Assembly (NCBI GenBank): GCA_039096225.1
Contig: JBBPEB010000006.1
Coordinates: 992,001-1,056,000, forward strand
Direction: 5' to 3'
Length of the DNA: 64,000 nt
Source of the DNA: Blastocystis sp. Blastoise
Lineage: Eukaryota; Protista; Bigyra: Opalinata
The translations under genes and the position numbers were made by a program. The notes below the pieces were generated by a model. The model saw nothing but the letters and a program-made list of their open reading frames with translations. It was not told where the DNA came from and did no database searches. Position 1 is the stretch's first letter, and each line of letters opens with the position of its first letter. This document shows, piece after piece, positions 36,901-50,700 of the stretch.

Positions 36901-38510
36901 ATATATATTAATAAGACAAATAATAAATAGAATAATAATAAATAGAATAATAATAAATAGAATAAATATAAATATATAAATGCATATAATACCATTCTTA
37001 TTTTGAAAATAAAATAAAATAGAACAAGATTGTTTATCATTTAATTGTTTTTCATTTTGTTTATTGTATTCACGGGAATAGTCTGAATAACATTCTACAT
37101 ATAAAGGTGGCATATAATCTTTATATTCATCATTATTATATTCATCAGGAAGAGTTCCCCTAACTAAATGTTCATCTACATTTTTAATTTTATTTTTTAA
37201 TTGTTTCCAAAAATCTATTTTTGTATATACAACTAGCTGTTTTTTAACTAATTCTAATAATTTCTCTTCAGTTAATCTTTTTAAATATGTGTTATATAGT
37301 AATAAACTGGACATATTATAATAGTTTTGTTTATATATTGAATATAATCTTTTATAATGAAGATCAGAATAAGGAACACGAAAACATTCTAATTCCGGAT
37401 AATAATCAACTATATATATACATATATAAAATAATTAATAAAGAGAAAATATACATATATAAATATCATAATATATGCTTACAGGAAATTCTATAGATTT
37501 GAAGTTTTGGAAATATTTCATGTAAATTAGAAGGATATATATATTCATAAGGAATATCTTCAGAAAATTGATCTTTATATATATGTAGAATTATTATTAT
37601 ATTATTTTTTATTATATATATATTATATATATATTATATATATATACATTTTAAATCTATATATTTTACACTAAAAAAATCAAATAATTCTGAGTATTTT
37701 TGAAATAATTGATTTCTTGTATCCGTAAAAATATCTATAATACATATATAAATATCATAATATATGCTTACAGGAAATTCTATAGATTTGAAGTTTTGGA
37801 AATATTTCATGTAAATTAGAAGGATATATATATTCATAAGGAATATCTTCAGAAAATTGATCTTTATATATATGTAGAATTATTATTATATTATTTTTTA
37901 TTATATATATATTATATATATATTATATATATATACATTTTAAATCTATATATTTTACACTAAAAAAATCAAATAATTCTGAGTATTTTTGAAATAATTG
38001 ATTTCTTGTATCCGTAAAAATATCTATAATATAAAAATAATAGTATTTTATTATAATTTATAATATATACCATGTATATATAGACTATAGATACCATCAA
38101 AAGAAGTTCTCTCTCTAAAAAATTAAAAAAAAACATATAATAATAAATATATATATATATATACATTTCACAGTCAGTTTGTTTTAATACCATATAAAAT
38201 TGATTGACAAGATAACTAAATACTTTTCCTTCAAAATCAGGATGTTCATCAGTAAAATAAAATTGTATCGTTTTATACATATTAATAATATCTTTATATG
38301 TCATAGACTCTAAGAAGATCTCTTTTGCTATGAATTGTAATAGTGTGCTAATAGAAAGACATGGACAATCAATGTAATAAGCATTTTCATCATTTAAGTA
38401 ATTGTTTGGATTCTCATAATTTACTGACAGGAGAGATTCTGGATACTTCTTTATTATAGCCAAAGGAACGTCTACATGGATTTCTTCTTGGAATATGAAT
38501 GTTACTAAAA
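33947..38510 (-). CDS. BTB-like + leucine-rich-repeat protein, multi-exon (5' end unclear, possibly disrupted)
   Basis: IIKKYPESLL...YYIDCP at the N-terminus. Repeated FPxLxxLxI units (HFPQLHILNIS, TFPNVTTLS, KFPFLKELQL). The nearest upstream ATG (38543) is out of frame. Confidence 0.6.
37451..38028. repeat. Apparently exact 289-bp tandem duplication covering two exons
   Basis: 37451-37739 repeats at 37740-38028. Confidence 0.9.
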
Positions 38511-39009
38511 GATTCTATTATGACACTGGTAGGCATTTTTCATGGGACTAAAAATAAGACAAACTAGAAATTGTTGCTAAATATTTTTAAGACTGTTTCA
38601 GATGTATAGAATTTCTATGTTCTTTCATAAAATATGATTAGTTTATTAATGATTTTTAACCAATAAAATAATGAAAATAGTCCAATAGTATTATCACGAT
38701 TTTTCTGGAAAATTATTGCTAACGATAATATATAATATTTCCAGAATTCTATAGAATATTCTTTAAAAGAGTTATTAATTAAAAAAATAGTTTTTTTTTT
38801 AGTTTTAATATACATCAATATAAACATTAGTAAAAACAAACAAAACAATGATTTATAACTAAAATTTATAATAACAACAACTTTTTGTTAAAGAGCATTA
38901 CATAACTCATATTTAGTTAACATATAAAAGAAATATTAATCAACTATATAAATAAAAATAAGAATGAATAGAAATAGTAATAGTATATCATACAATAATA
39001 AATATATAT

Positions 39010-40442
39010 ATACAATTAAAGGCACTGCTCATATTATTGTGGAAGAAAAACTGATCTATAAATTATATGAAATAAATAATGTATAGAAATATTTAATATA
39101 TATATATATATATACATAGAATAGATTAAACTGGATGTAACGGGCAATTATACAATCAAAAAGAATCTATTTAAAAAGAATTAATAAAATAAATGAAAAG
39201 ATATATACTCAGAATGCTTTATATTTACAAATTGTAATAAATCTATATAAAAATAATGAAAATTAGTATATATATATATATAATACATACATTTTAAATA
39301 TATTATTATAATAAATGAATAAGTTTTTAAGGATCTAAGAATTCATGACGTCATAACTAATGTATATTTCATTACTATATAAAGATAATTATAAATAAAG
39401 AAAATATTTTATAGTATAATATAATATACAAAACCTAAAAGAATAATAATAATAAAATATAAAACAATTTATATCTTAAATATATATGAGATTCAACTGC
39501 GTCAACTTATTTTAGATTTTTATAAAATAAAGAAACAATAATAAAATAAATAGCCAATAGGATATACTTGTGAATGACGAAGACTGTGTTCCATAAGTTT
39601 GTCATAACTATTCTGCAATCTTTCGATGACTACGTAATTTGTTTTATACGCATACGTAGTTTTATCAAAAAAATCTGGATTCCTTTTCCATTGCAAAGCC
39701 TATATATGATCATTCATCTAAATTTTTGTGTTAATATAGAATATATAATATATACCAAAAAATCACTTCTTATTTTTTTTATCTTCTACTTTATATCCAT
39801 CTTTATCTAGTAATAAAAACCCAAAGGAAGACGCAAAGTCTCCATGAGTCTTTTTATCATAAAGAGATTTTTTCACACATCTAATAATATCGTAATCACT
39901 TAGTGATTCGACATTTTTATATTGACACATATAATCCTTTACTATTTTTAAAATAATATCCAATAATTTATTTTCATCATCAAGAAGTGTTTTACCATTA
40001 TTTTGAATAAACATATTCTTTGCATCTATTAAGTCTCCTTCATTAATAACCTAGGGTATGTATTTTAAGCAATTCTATAAATTTTTAATAGAAATTATAG
40101 TATTGAAGTCTAATATATAAGAGTATAATATACCTTTATTTGTTTTGTCGAAGCTTTATTAGCTGACACATTTATATTTCTTTTGAGAGCTTCTTTCCGA
40201 AAGAATGTTTCCATGTCATATGTCAAATAATGACATTTTTTAGTTTCTAAAAATGTAATATAATTAATAATTAATATACTTAACATTTCAGGATATAGTA
40301 TAGAACGATAAAACTCATGAAAAGCTCCAAACAGTTTCAATTTAAATTTCTTTACTCTTTCAATATCATTTTTTTTTGCAGTATTTCTATAATTCCCAGT
40401 ATAAACATTATATAAAATAGTTTTATGTTACTTTTGTTGCAT
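39010..40442 (-). CDS. Hypothetical multi-exon protein divergent from the CACTA-like transposase
   Basis: Spliceable coding segments MQQK|NTAKKNDIERVKKFKLKLFGAFHEFY..., ...HGDFASSFGF..., ALQWKRNPDFFDK. 3' end uncertain; no family recognised. Confidence 0.45.
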
Positions 40443-40871
40443 GGTTAACGATAAGTTAAAGATAAAAAAATATATCTTTTTTTATTTATTTTTCTATTGT
40501 TTGTCTTAAAACAAATATAATAATTTTATTAAAATATATTTTATTTATATTTATGTAATATATTTATTTCTGTAAATCTTATAATTGATGATCTTGTTGC
40601 AAAAATTGGTTTATCAAACAAAAAGAAAATTATACAATTTTGTATTATTAATAATATACTTAATATACAGGATATAGATAAGAACAACGTTAATATGTTT
40701 CTTAGTATTTAAATGAGATATTCAATTAAGAAGATGATAATATTAATAGTATACAAACTATCATTTTTAATATTATTTTCATTTGAAAACTATATAAGTT
40801 AAAATAAATTATATAAATAATCAATCTAAATTAGAAATAAAAATGAGAGGAAGAATTGCTATAATAAAAGG

Positions 40872-40906
<35 letters not shown>

Positions 40907-41675
40907 TTTGTGTATTTTCAATTACTTTCTTATTATTTCATTTAATTAAATGATTTTTGTAAGATACTATCTAAACTATATATAAAATAAAAAATATTCA
41001 AAGATTTATTAACACAAAATATGAAAAATATTATAGAATATAATTAAAATATATTCTAGTATATAATAGTATATACTACTAAATCATATACATCTTGAGA
41101 ATTCATATAAGAATATATCATATTGCTTAAATTTACAGTTTGAATCATATAGTAAGCATTCTTGTAATTGTTAATATAGATATAAATATATTATTATCAT
41201 TTCTATGTAAACAAATTATTCATAAAGAAATATATTAATATTGAAACGCTTATTTATGAAAATAATTAGTTGAAAAAAAACAAGATAGAAAGTAAATATG
41301 TTCTCTAATCATTTATCCATGAAAGTAAAAACTTAATTCAACTTATTCCATATTGAAAAATTTGGCTATTTTGAAATATCAGCAATAAATTAATTCTAAT
41401 ATAAATCCAATATTCTCTAATATTTACATTTGTAACATTATTTTGTGTTTAACTACCTAAATAAAGATTAAGCATCAATTTTTCATTCAAATAATCTACA
41501 ATCATAAAAATCATGCCGACATTAAGTTTATGTAATTCCAAAAATTGTTAACACATAACCATGAACTTCATTAAGAAACCAAAATTATAGGGAATAATTG
41601 CTATAAAAGTATTTCTATCCATGAAAAAAAAGGAAATAATCAGAAAAAATTAAAAAATTATATTCAACATTACTA

Positions 41676-42321
41676 ATGACAGGACGTCAATATGATCTTC
41701 CTGGGTTTCCATCAAAACGTAGATGTAAGAGACTTTTAATTTTATTTATATATTTAGCAATTTCAACTGATCATGTCTTTCTTCATGAAGAGAATATAAT
41801 CATCGAAACTTCTCACTTGATGGAAGAATTAGATTCAGATGAAGACGTGAACTCAAACAGTACCAAACAAATATCTGATGTATTTTTGGAAAAAATTATA
41901 AATTCGGTATTTTAAAAACATTATAATATTTTATTTTATATATTTTTTATTTCATATAACTCTCTTTAAACTATTTAGAAGCCATCATCAAAAAATAATA
42001 TAAATGATAATTCAAGAATTGAAGATTTCGTTTATGATTGTTGGTGTCAGCTTAAAATAAGTACGGAGAAGATTAAGAAACTATACGAACTAATAAATGA
42101 TGTCATAAAACTTTTGGTTCCTGAACATGAATTACTTTTTGTTCCCAAGAATGGGCAGGATATAATACGGAAATACTGTTCTTGCCATTCTGAAACTCCA
42201 CTACATAAAAATATCTACATATGTGATAATTGTAAAGAACTAGTATCATTTAATGGAGGAAGAAATCTACTTAATAAAGAAAAGACTCAATGTAAAAACG
42301 AGGAATGTAGTGAAAGCAAAA

Positions 42322-42357
<36 letters not shown>

Positions 42358-44544
42358 CATTTCTATTTGTACTACTATTATTCTTTTTATTATTATTCTT
42401 TCTATTATATTTATTTTCTTTTCTTCATATAATATATGACAATACAAGATATTATTTATTATATATAACGTTTTATATATATTCTTATAGTATATGATAC
42501 ACTATTTATATGTGAATATAAATTAACTTTCATTATTCTGATTAATATTTTATTTATATAAAGGCATAAAAGTGTCTGTTATACCTTTAATCCCACGTAT
42601 ACGTTACTTGATGTCTTCTAAACCATTAATACAAGATATTAGTTATTACAAGAAGGAGGAAATTCAATACTATTTATCGATGCCAATAGAACATTTGCCA
42701 AGTACAATTCCAGAATATATGTTAGGACAAAATTATCGCAAATATATGAATAAAGTTATTAATAATGGTGATATTTTCTTATTTTTTGATTTAACTTGTG
42801 ATGGAATTTGTGTCTTTTCAAATCCTATCTCTGATACTAATCAATCATCTTTTCCTATTCTTCTTAAATTATTAAATTATAATAATACTAGATTACATGA
42901 TCAGAGAGTATTCTGGACATATTGTATAACAAAAGAATCGCTATCTAATACTGTTCTTTCATTACTTATGAAAGAGTTAATTCTTTTATCATCTGGAATT
43001 GAAATGGATGTATTTATTAATGAACGAATTGAAAAAAGGCGAGTTGTAGCAGTTCTACTAAATGTTTATGGGGATTGTATGGCTATTACAAGCGTTGGAA
43101 GCTTTACTGGACCCTCTTCAACATTCCCATGTAGATATTGTGAGATTTCTTGGAATAGAAAGAACGAAGGCTTTCACGAAGGTATAAAATGTGCTTATAA
43201 GAGTATAAAGAAATATATTCATTTAACAGAAGATAAGAAAAAGATAAATGAAATTCTATATCCTTCTGTTTTTGTAGCCATAAATGATTCTAATATATCT
43301 CCAACTACTCCTCTTATAGATGATTTACCTGTTACTACTAATACTATTATTGACAAATTTCCTAATGAATGTATATACTATGATGCTTTTGAAGAAAAGG
43401 AATATTCACAGAGAACACAAGAAACAATAAATATGAATAGATGCAATTCATCTGAAAATGGATCTTTCTTAGGTATTAAACATAATCCTGGTATCTTCGA
43501 ATCATTGGCATACTTTGATGCATCTACTAGTTATTTACTAGATCCCATGCATCTATTCAATAATATTTGTACTCTAATTTTAAATTTATTATTTCATTAC
43601 AATGTAGCTGATTATACTTCTAAGATATCTAAAAATAAGGCATTAAACACTGAATCAATTTTTAGTACATTTTGTTTAAAAGATGAAAATATATCAATTC
43701 TTAACTCCAGAATTTTAGCCATTAATACACTATATAATGATAATGAATATGAGTTTAGGTATATTCTAAATGAAAAAAAATTTTGGAACATGTCCTCTCA
43801 CACAAGGATTTTCTTCACTTCTTGTATTCTTCCATTAATAACTTTAGATTTTAATTCCAGTGATTCACCACTTGTTGTACTTATTGACCCTTTAGCTACA
43901 ATAATACGTCAAGTATACCTATATCATGGTAATACATCAAAACATTTATTGGAAGTGTTTAGAGATCAATGTAATATATTTTGCTTTTTGTGTGAGCTTT
44001 TGATACCAAAGGAGCTTCTAAATACTCAAATTCATCTTGTACAACATCTTTACTATTCAATAATAAACTCTGGTTCTATCTTCTCTGGATCTACCTATCA
44101 ATCAGAAAGGTTTTATTCTTTTCTTAAAAGAATTTCTTTTGGAAGAAAGAATTTTAATGAGTCGTCTATTAGACGTATTATAGAAAGAGAAGTAGCAGAT
44201 ATGAATACAACAACTAATATAAGTGATGATATAACTGATGAAACGCAACTAGAGATTAATAAAGAACTATATAATGAAGAGGAATCTATTATTAACGATG
44301 ATATATCAAATAAGGAATTAGTATGTGAAAGTTACAATACCATTATAGTTAATAGAAACAAAATTAGTACCGTTAAAGGAATTCGAGGATCAGAAAGAAT
44401 TGACTTATCTGATAATGACATGAAAGAAATAATAAACATAATTCTAGCATCAAATGATGAGTCACTCAAAGAAATACTGTTCCATAATGTAAATAAAAAT
44501 GATATTGTTCCTTATGATATTCTAACTGATTCAAACATATGTAA
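41676..44544 (+). pseudogene. CACTA/EnSpm (CMC)-like DDE transposase, 5' part (4 exons), interrupted by a Helitron
   Basis: CxxC...C finger exon. IPLIPRIRYLM, FDLTCDG, GD...GSFTGPSSTFPCRYC, LDPMHLF, HLVQHL...GSIFSGSTYQSERF are the conserved blocks of CACTA transposases. Confidence 0.8.
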
Positions 44545-45149
44545 TCATTACTATATATATGAGAATAGGCAAAAAAATTCCCATTGGTCAGTTTTTGGAA
44601 AATTCATTTGATTGGCTACTATATACTAGAGTTTGTACCCACAACTCCTCTAAACTTACGGGGAGTTAACTTTTCGTTGAAACACAGTTCAATAGGATAT
44701 AACATGTAGTTGTGCACCATATATTTGGTTAAGCGATATTATTTATAATTAAAAAGTTATTAATAAAAGAACAGAAAACATGATTTTTGAGTCGTTTTTG
44801 ATTGGCTCTTTGGGATGACCCCGATAAAAATTGTTGACCAGACAATTGGAAAATAAACATGGGGTAAACTTGATTTTTTCTCAATCCCACAATATACGTT
44901 ATCCGTGTTTATTCTTTATATTTATCTACTTTTTAATACTTTTTCATATTGAACACGTGAGGCCTTAACGGTCAAATTTAGATTCTTATTTTGACATGAT
45001 ATTCTGATTCAGGAGGTCGAAAAACCTAGGTGTGCCAATTTTGAGCTCCTGAGGACGATTTTTGAGTGATCGATATTTTCTTCGATCTTCTTATAATCAA
45101 CTAATATTACAGTATTGTAATTGATAGGTCCTCAAACTACTATAGTTAA

Positions 45150-46650
45150 AACAAAGTCTTAAAATAACGAGTTTAAAAGTGACAATTTTGAAAAATGTGA
45201 ATTAAGTGGTCTTAGAGTGAGAGATTCAATATAATGACTTTTATTTAGTAAACTAGAGATAGTACTCTATACTATATTAAAAGGAGAGTCAAAATTATGA
45301 AGGTCAAAATGTATGACCAAATGACAAAATGTGTCTTAAAAAGTAAAAGGGTTTATATATGTGTATAGAATCATGTATTAAGTTTATTCTATGAATAAGA
45401 GCTTTAAATAAATAGTTTAAGGTTGTCAAATTTAAAAGAATGTATAAAACATAGTCTTAAACTATGAATAAAAAATTTAGAGATATTAATTAGTGTACAG
45501 CTGTAGTAGCTCTACAACATATCAAAAGTTCAAAGAAAATAATTTTTAGAGAGTGGATGTGTGAAGGGTTGTGACTATTATTTAAAATTTATTTTTACTT
45601 CAGTTTATATAAAATCGTGAATTTCGTGCACTGTAGAAAAATTGAGTCAAAAAATCAACTCTAAGGGTCTTAAATTTAAAAAAATGTAAAAATGAGTGAC
45701 TTAGAGGACGAGATTCAATATTTGAGTGTTTATTCATTAAACTAGAGTGTATGACCTATATTATGTTAAAAGAAGGGACAAAAATATTTTGATCAGAGTG
45801 TATGACCAAATGGTAAAGTGTCTTTAAAAAGTCTAAAGTGATGACTAATGTGCTTATAGGGTCATATAGAGTCTACTATGAAAATATTAGCTTTTAAAAA
45901 TATGTTTAAGTCTTTCAATTAGTAAAAATATGTTCAAAGAGAGTCATAAAATGAGAGTTTTAAGAAACGAGATATTGTTCAGTATACACTAAGAGACACT
46001 CTACAACATATCAAAAATATAGCAAAAACTATTTTTAGAGAGTGGATGTGTAAAGGGTTGTGAGAGTTATTGAAAAAATACTTTTACTTCAGTTTGTGTA
46101 AAATGGCGTTTTTGGAACACTGTAGAAAAATTAACTTCAAAAATCAACTCTAAGGGTCTTAATTTTTAAAAATGTGAAAATGATTGACTTAGAGGACGAG
46201 ATTCAAAATTTCCCCTCACTTTCATATAACTAGACCACACACTCTATATTATGTCAAAAGAAGGGACGAAAATATTTTGGTCGAAGTAAATGAGCAAATG
46301 CAAAAGGTTTATAAAATGTTTTAAAGTGATGACCAATGTGTAGCTATGGTCATATTAAGTAAAGTGTGTAAATATTAGCATTTAAAAATGAGTTTAAGTG
46401 TGTCAACTTTTCATAATGTGTCAAAAAGGGTCTTTAAGACAGAGATTCAAAACATTTACTTTTATTTAATAAATAGTATGATAAACTCTATACTATATCA
46501 AAAGACTGACGGAAACTGTTTTGATACAGTGGATCTTGAATGGGTAAAGTCTCTTTAAAAGTTACTATTTTGAGTTATTTATGTTTAAAATCATTATTTG
46601 AGACGAATATAAAAATATTAACTTTTTAAATAATGTTTTAGTTGTCAAAG
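45150..46650. repeat. Internal tandem array: ~244-bp monomers in a ~488-bp dimeric period
   Basis: GAGATTCAA anchor at 45221, 45710, 46198 and 46442. AGAGAGTGGATGTGT at 45548 and 46036. Confidence 0.8.
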
Positions 46651-47200
46651 TGAAAATGAATGTTGACTTTGTTATACTTAAGACTTCAAAATTCTTTTAA
46701 GAAGTATTAAAATGAGTTAAAATTATTTTATTACGTTTATTTAAATGAATTTTATGAATTAAAAATACTTTACACTACTTCACATTGGTACTCATTTCTA
46801 AAGTTATTGACTTTAAAAACTCAAAGAATGTTTTAAACAGTTGTTTAATTATTACTAAATACAAAATATATTTTAAAAATAATAAATAATATGTATAATG
46901 ATTCAAAATAGTTTTTTTATTTTCTTTCAAGTATTGTTTTTAGTTTTTTTGATATCATTTAAAGAATTTATTTAATTCTTATATCAGGAATTGAACCTGA
47001 TTACAATCAATAAATGATTGTAACTCTCCATATAGAGTATAAGAAGTGTTATTAAAGTAATATATAATATATAATATATAATATATAATATATAATATAT
47101 AATATATAATATATAATAGATAATAGATAATAATATATAATATATAATATATAATAATGAAAAAAAGAAAATAAAAGCCAAACTGTTATTATTTTATGCA

Positions 47201-47247
47201 GCCGCGGTCCGGTGCCGTTAGGCCCCGGACCTGCGGCGTGACCCTAG
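47201..47247 (+). other. Helitron 3' terminal hairpin + CTAG
   Basis: GCCGC-GGTCCGG-t-GCC-gtta-GGC-c-CCGGACC-t-GCGGC followed by GTGACCCTAG. Confidence 0.92.
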
Positions 47248-47470
47248 TATTATAATTAATAATTTAAGAAGAATAACTATGACATTTTATTCAGAAGTAT
47301 TAATAAACGATTCAGTTATATTTACTTGTTCAGATATAGATGAAGGGATTGAAACCACTGATAACTCATACATAATGTATTTCACACATGATCAAGAAAG
47401 AGAAAGAAAGGTACATTTAATTAAATCACTTTGCTACATTCAAATAGGATCGTTGGTAATAATAAAACAA
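47248..47470 (+). pseudogene. CACTA-like transposase, middle fragment (223 bp between two Helitron 3' ends)
   Basis: In frame with the 5' part: SNICN|IIINNLRRITMTFYSEVLINDSVIF...TTDNSYIMYF...LVIIKQ. Confidence 0.8.
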
Positions 47471-47508
47471 CAAGCGTTTCACGGCCTGCCTACGCAGGCC
47501 TACGCTTG
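47471..47508 (-). other. Helitron 3' terminal hairpin with CTTG terminus
   Basis: Minus strand: CAAGCGT-A-GGCCTGC-GTAG-GCAGGCC-GTGAA-ACGCTTG, about 195 bp downstream of the RepHel stop. Confidence 0.8.
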
Positions 47509-47703
47509 AGTTTTATTTTAAAATATCTATTTTTAGTTTTTGGTTTTTAAGTTTTAACAAAACAATAGAATATTCTATATTTAACTTTTAAGACAACAAA
47601 TAAAAATTGAAAAGAGAAAAATAATAAATAAAAACAAATATATTAACAGACAATAACAAATATAAAAGAAATCAAAAAACAAATAAAACAAATAAAACAA
47701 TAA

Positions 47704-50700
47704 CTAATTTAAAACTCCATCAAAAATGCAATTAGTCGTAAATACCTTATTAGGATAGTCTTTACTAAGATGTCCTTGATTATTGTTATTACAATTTTCA
47801 GCATAAATATGTAAACCATTAAAAGAACGAACTCTACTAAAAGCAACATATAATTGACCATGACTAAATACAGGTCTCTTTAAATATAATCCAACATTTT
47901 TAAATGTTTGACCTTGTGATTTATTAATAGTCATAGCAAAAGCTAATCGAACAGGAAATTGTTTTCTTCTCATCTTAGTAGGAAGTGAATCATCTGAAGT
48001 AATTAAACTGATTCTTGGAATAAATACAATATCTTCACCAGGTAATAAATTATCTGGCTTATTTAATAATTGAGCACGAATAACATTATTTAATGTTTCA
48101 AGAACAACTAATCTTGTTCCATTACATAAACCCTTCTTTATATTAAGATTTCTCAATAACATAATAATACAGCCTTTTCTTAATCTTAATTTATGAGGAG
48201 GAAATCCTTGAGGAAGAAGAGTATTAAGAAATTCAGGAGAATAAGCAGCTCTTTCAGAATCATTAACTATTTCATCTTCTAAAGTATCAAAACTATAATA
48301 TATTTTTTCTGATTCTGAAGAAGGTATTAAATCTAATACTTTCTCATTTATATCAAAAGTATCTTCATTCGTACAACATAAAATACAATTCTCAGATAAA
48401 TCTTTTCTATGTTGTTCTGATAAAATATTTCTATTATGAAGTATATTCTCCCATATCTCTTTATATAAATTTTCTGTACTTATACATTGTGAAGGTATTT
48501 CTACAATATTATCATTCAAATCAGATTCATTATTTAATCGTTCACCATTTCCTACTTTCATTAACCATTCTTTAAAATCTAAAGCATCTCTATCTGCTCT
48601 CATATTCTGAACTAAATGACATTGTATAAAATTATTCCAATATTTAAATCTTTTCAAACATACACCAACAGTAGATGATTCATTTCCATTTTTAACTACT
48701 GGTAAACATTGTCTAAAATCTCCACCTAAAACAATAGTTTTACCAACAAAAGGATATTGAAGACATGGATCTTCAGAATCTATTGAACTAAATAAATCAT
48801 GTAATAAATTATCAAGAACTTCTAAAGCATAAATAGAAGCCATAGGTGCTTCATCCCAAATAATAATAGCACATTTTCTTAAATCATTTGCTTTTGCACT
48901 ACTTCTTGTTATATGTGAAATAGACATTTCATTTAGATCAAGTGGTAATCCAAATACAGAATGAGAAGTACTTCCTCCTGATAATAAAGTAGCTGCTATT
49001 CCTGTGAATGCAACAGCTAATACAGGTTTTTCTCTTGTACGAATCATCTTGATCAAAGTATTATATAAGAATGTTTTTCCAGTTCCACCAGGACCATCAA
49101 TAAAGAACATATTATTATTATGAGGTTGAGTATTATTAACAGATACCATAATTCTATCAAATATTTCTTTTTGTTCTCTATTTAACATTTGATAATTTCT
49201 TTCTGCTTCTCTATGTGCAACATCAAAATCATAAAATTCTAATGTAGAAACACCACTATTAGGATTAAAATGTGAAGTATATTGAATAGTAGGCATATTA
49301 GTATATTTACCTCCATTTGATTCTATTAATGTTTTGATATTATATAAAGCTCTTGGATAACAATAATTGATTACAATAGGATCTTGATCAATAATATCAG
49401 GATCAGTTGAAAGAGAATGATTAATACGTTCATTTATAGTAAAATGATCTATTGTATATTGATAATATATATCAGAAATCATTTCATATTTAAATTCATT
49501 CCATAAATCCATTGCTTTATCAGTAATATTATAATATACAAATAATAAAGCAAATACTAATCGTAATTGAGAAGGATGACAATCATGCATTACTTCATCT
49601 AATATATGTCTATATTCATTAGTATCATCTAATAATCCTCTTGCTATACATACTCCTTCATAAGTTGGATAAGGTAATTCTCCATCATACATTCTTAATG
49701 ATTCAAAACTTGTTGGTCTATTTACATGAGTTAATAATAATTTTAAACAAAATGCTTCTTTATTAGTTGGATTTATATAAGGTATTCTTCCAAGTGTCTT
49801 CGAATTCTTTTGTCTTGGTTTCCATATATGTTCTCCTTTACACCATGTATAATATTGAGGAAACATATCATATGTCATAAACTCTGGTTCTTCTAAAGTA
49901 GGAACATATAAATGATTATTTAAATCATCATTTGCTTTGAAATATGCTTCTAACATAGATAATTTATTTCCTTGTATTTCTTCTGCTTGTTCTTCTGAAC
50001 CATCTGTATATACTATATTCTTATCATTCTCATCATGAATCAATAATATTTGAACAGCTATATTTGATTGTACTATAGGAAATCCTAATATTCTCCAAAC
50101 TGCTTCAGTTGATGATATATATCTTGCATCTAAATATTGTTTAACTTCATTATTATTTGTTTCATTTGAAGAAGCTGATAATTCAGCTCTCATTGAATCA
50201 TGACCTTTTGTTGTATATTTATATAGATATTTTACTGTATGTAAACTATAAACTGCTTCAACATTAATATGTGCTTCTAATTTGAGTGATAAATATGGAT
50301 TATATGGAACAACATATTCATTAGTAGCTTCTAAATCACCATTAGTACGATGAAATACTACTTTTCTTCCATCATTTGGTCTAAAATATAAAGGATAAGA
50401 ATCATTAGGAATTGTAGTACATTCTTGAAATGGTTTAGGAAATCCTTTCTTACATATTCCATGAGAATCTAAACATGGAGAATTAGATACATGAGGACCA
50501 TGTATATTCATTGTACTTACTATTTTAAATAATCTAGGATTCTTTTCTTCATCAGGAAGATAAGCACATATAATAGAATCAAGTTCATTAGTATCATGTA
50601 TTTTATCTTGTTGTTCAACATTCAATAAGATATGAGCATGAGGTAATCCTCTCTTTTGAAATTCAACAGTATAAGTAATAGCTTGTGCTTTACCAAATAC

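Larger units (their letters stand above)
44545..47247 (+). mobile_element. Non-autonomous Helitron, 2703 bp
   Basis: A|TCATTACTATATATATGAG at the 5' end. GC-rich hairpin at 47201-47237, then GTGACC-CTAG|T. Inserted in an AT dinucleotide with no TSD. Removal restores the transposase frame. Second copy at 62778. Confidence 0.92.

Noticed and set aside
39763-40340. ArgRS/DALR-like motifs (HGDFAS, FHEFY)
   Set aside because: Short matches in the wrong order, with no HIGH motif or catalytic domain.
44545-44611. C-terminus HYYIYENRQKNSHWSVFGKFI of ORF 42572-44611
   Set aside because: Read-through into Helitron sequence, not transposase.
47201-47247. Hairpin-CTAG as the 3' end of the RepHel-encoding element
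   Set aside because: It is on the + strand while RepHel is on the minus strand. It closes the element starting at 44545.
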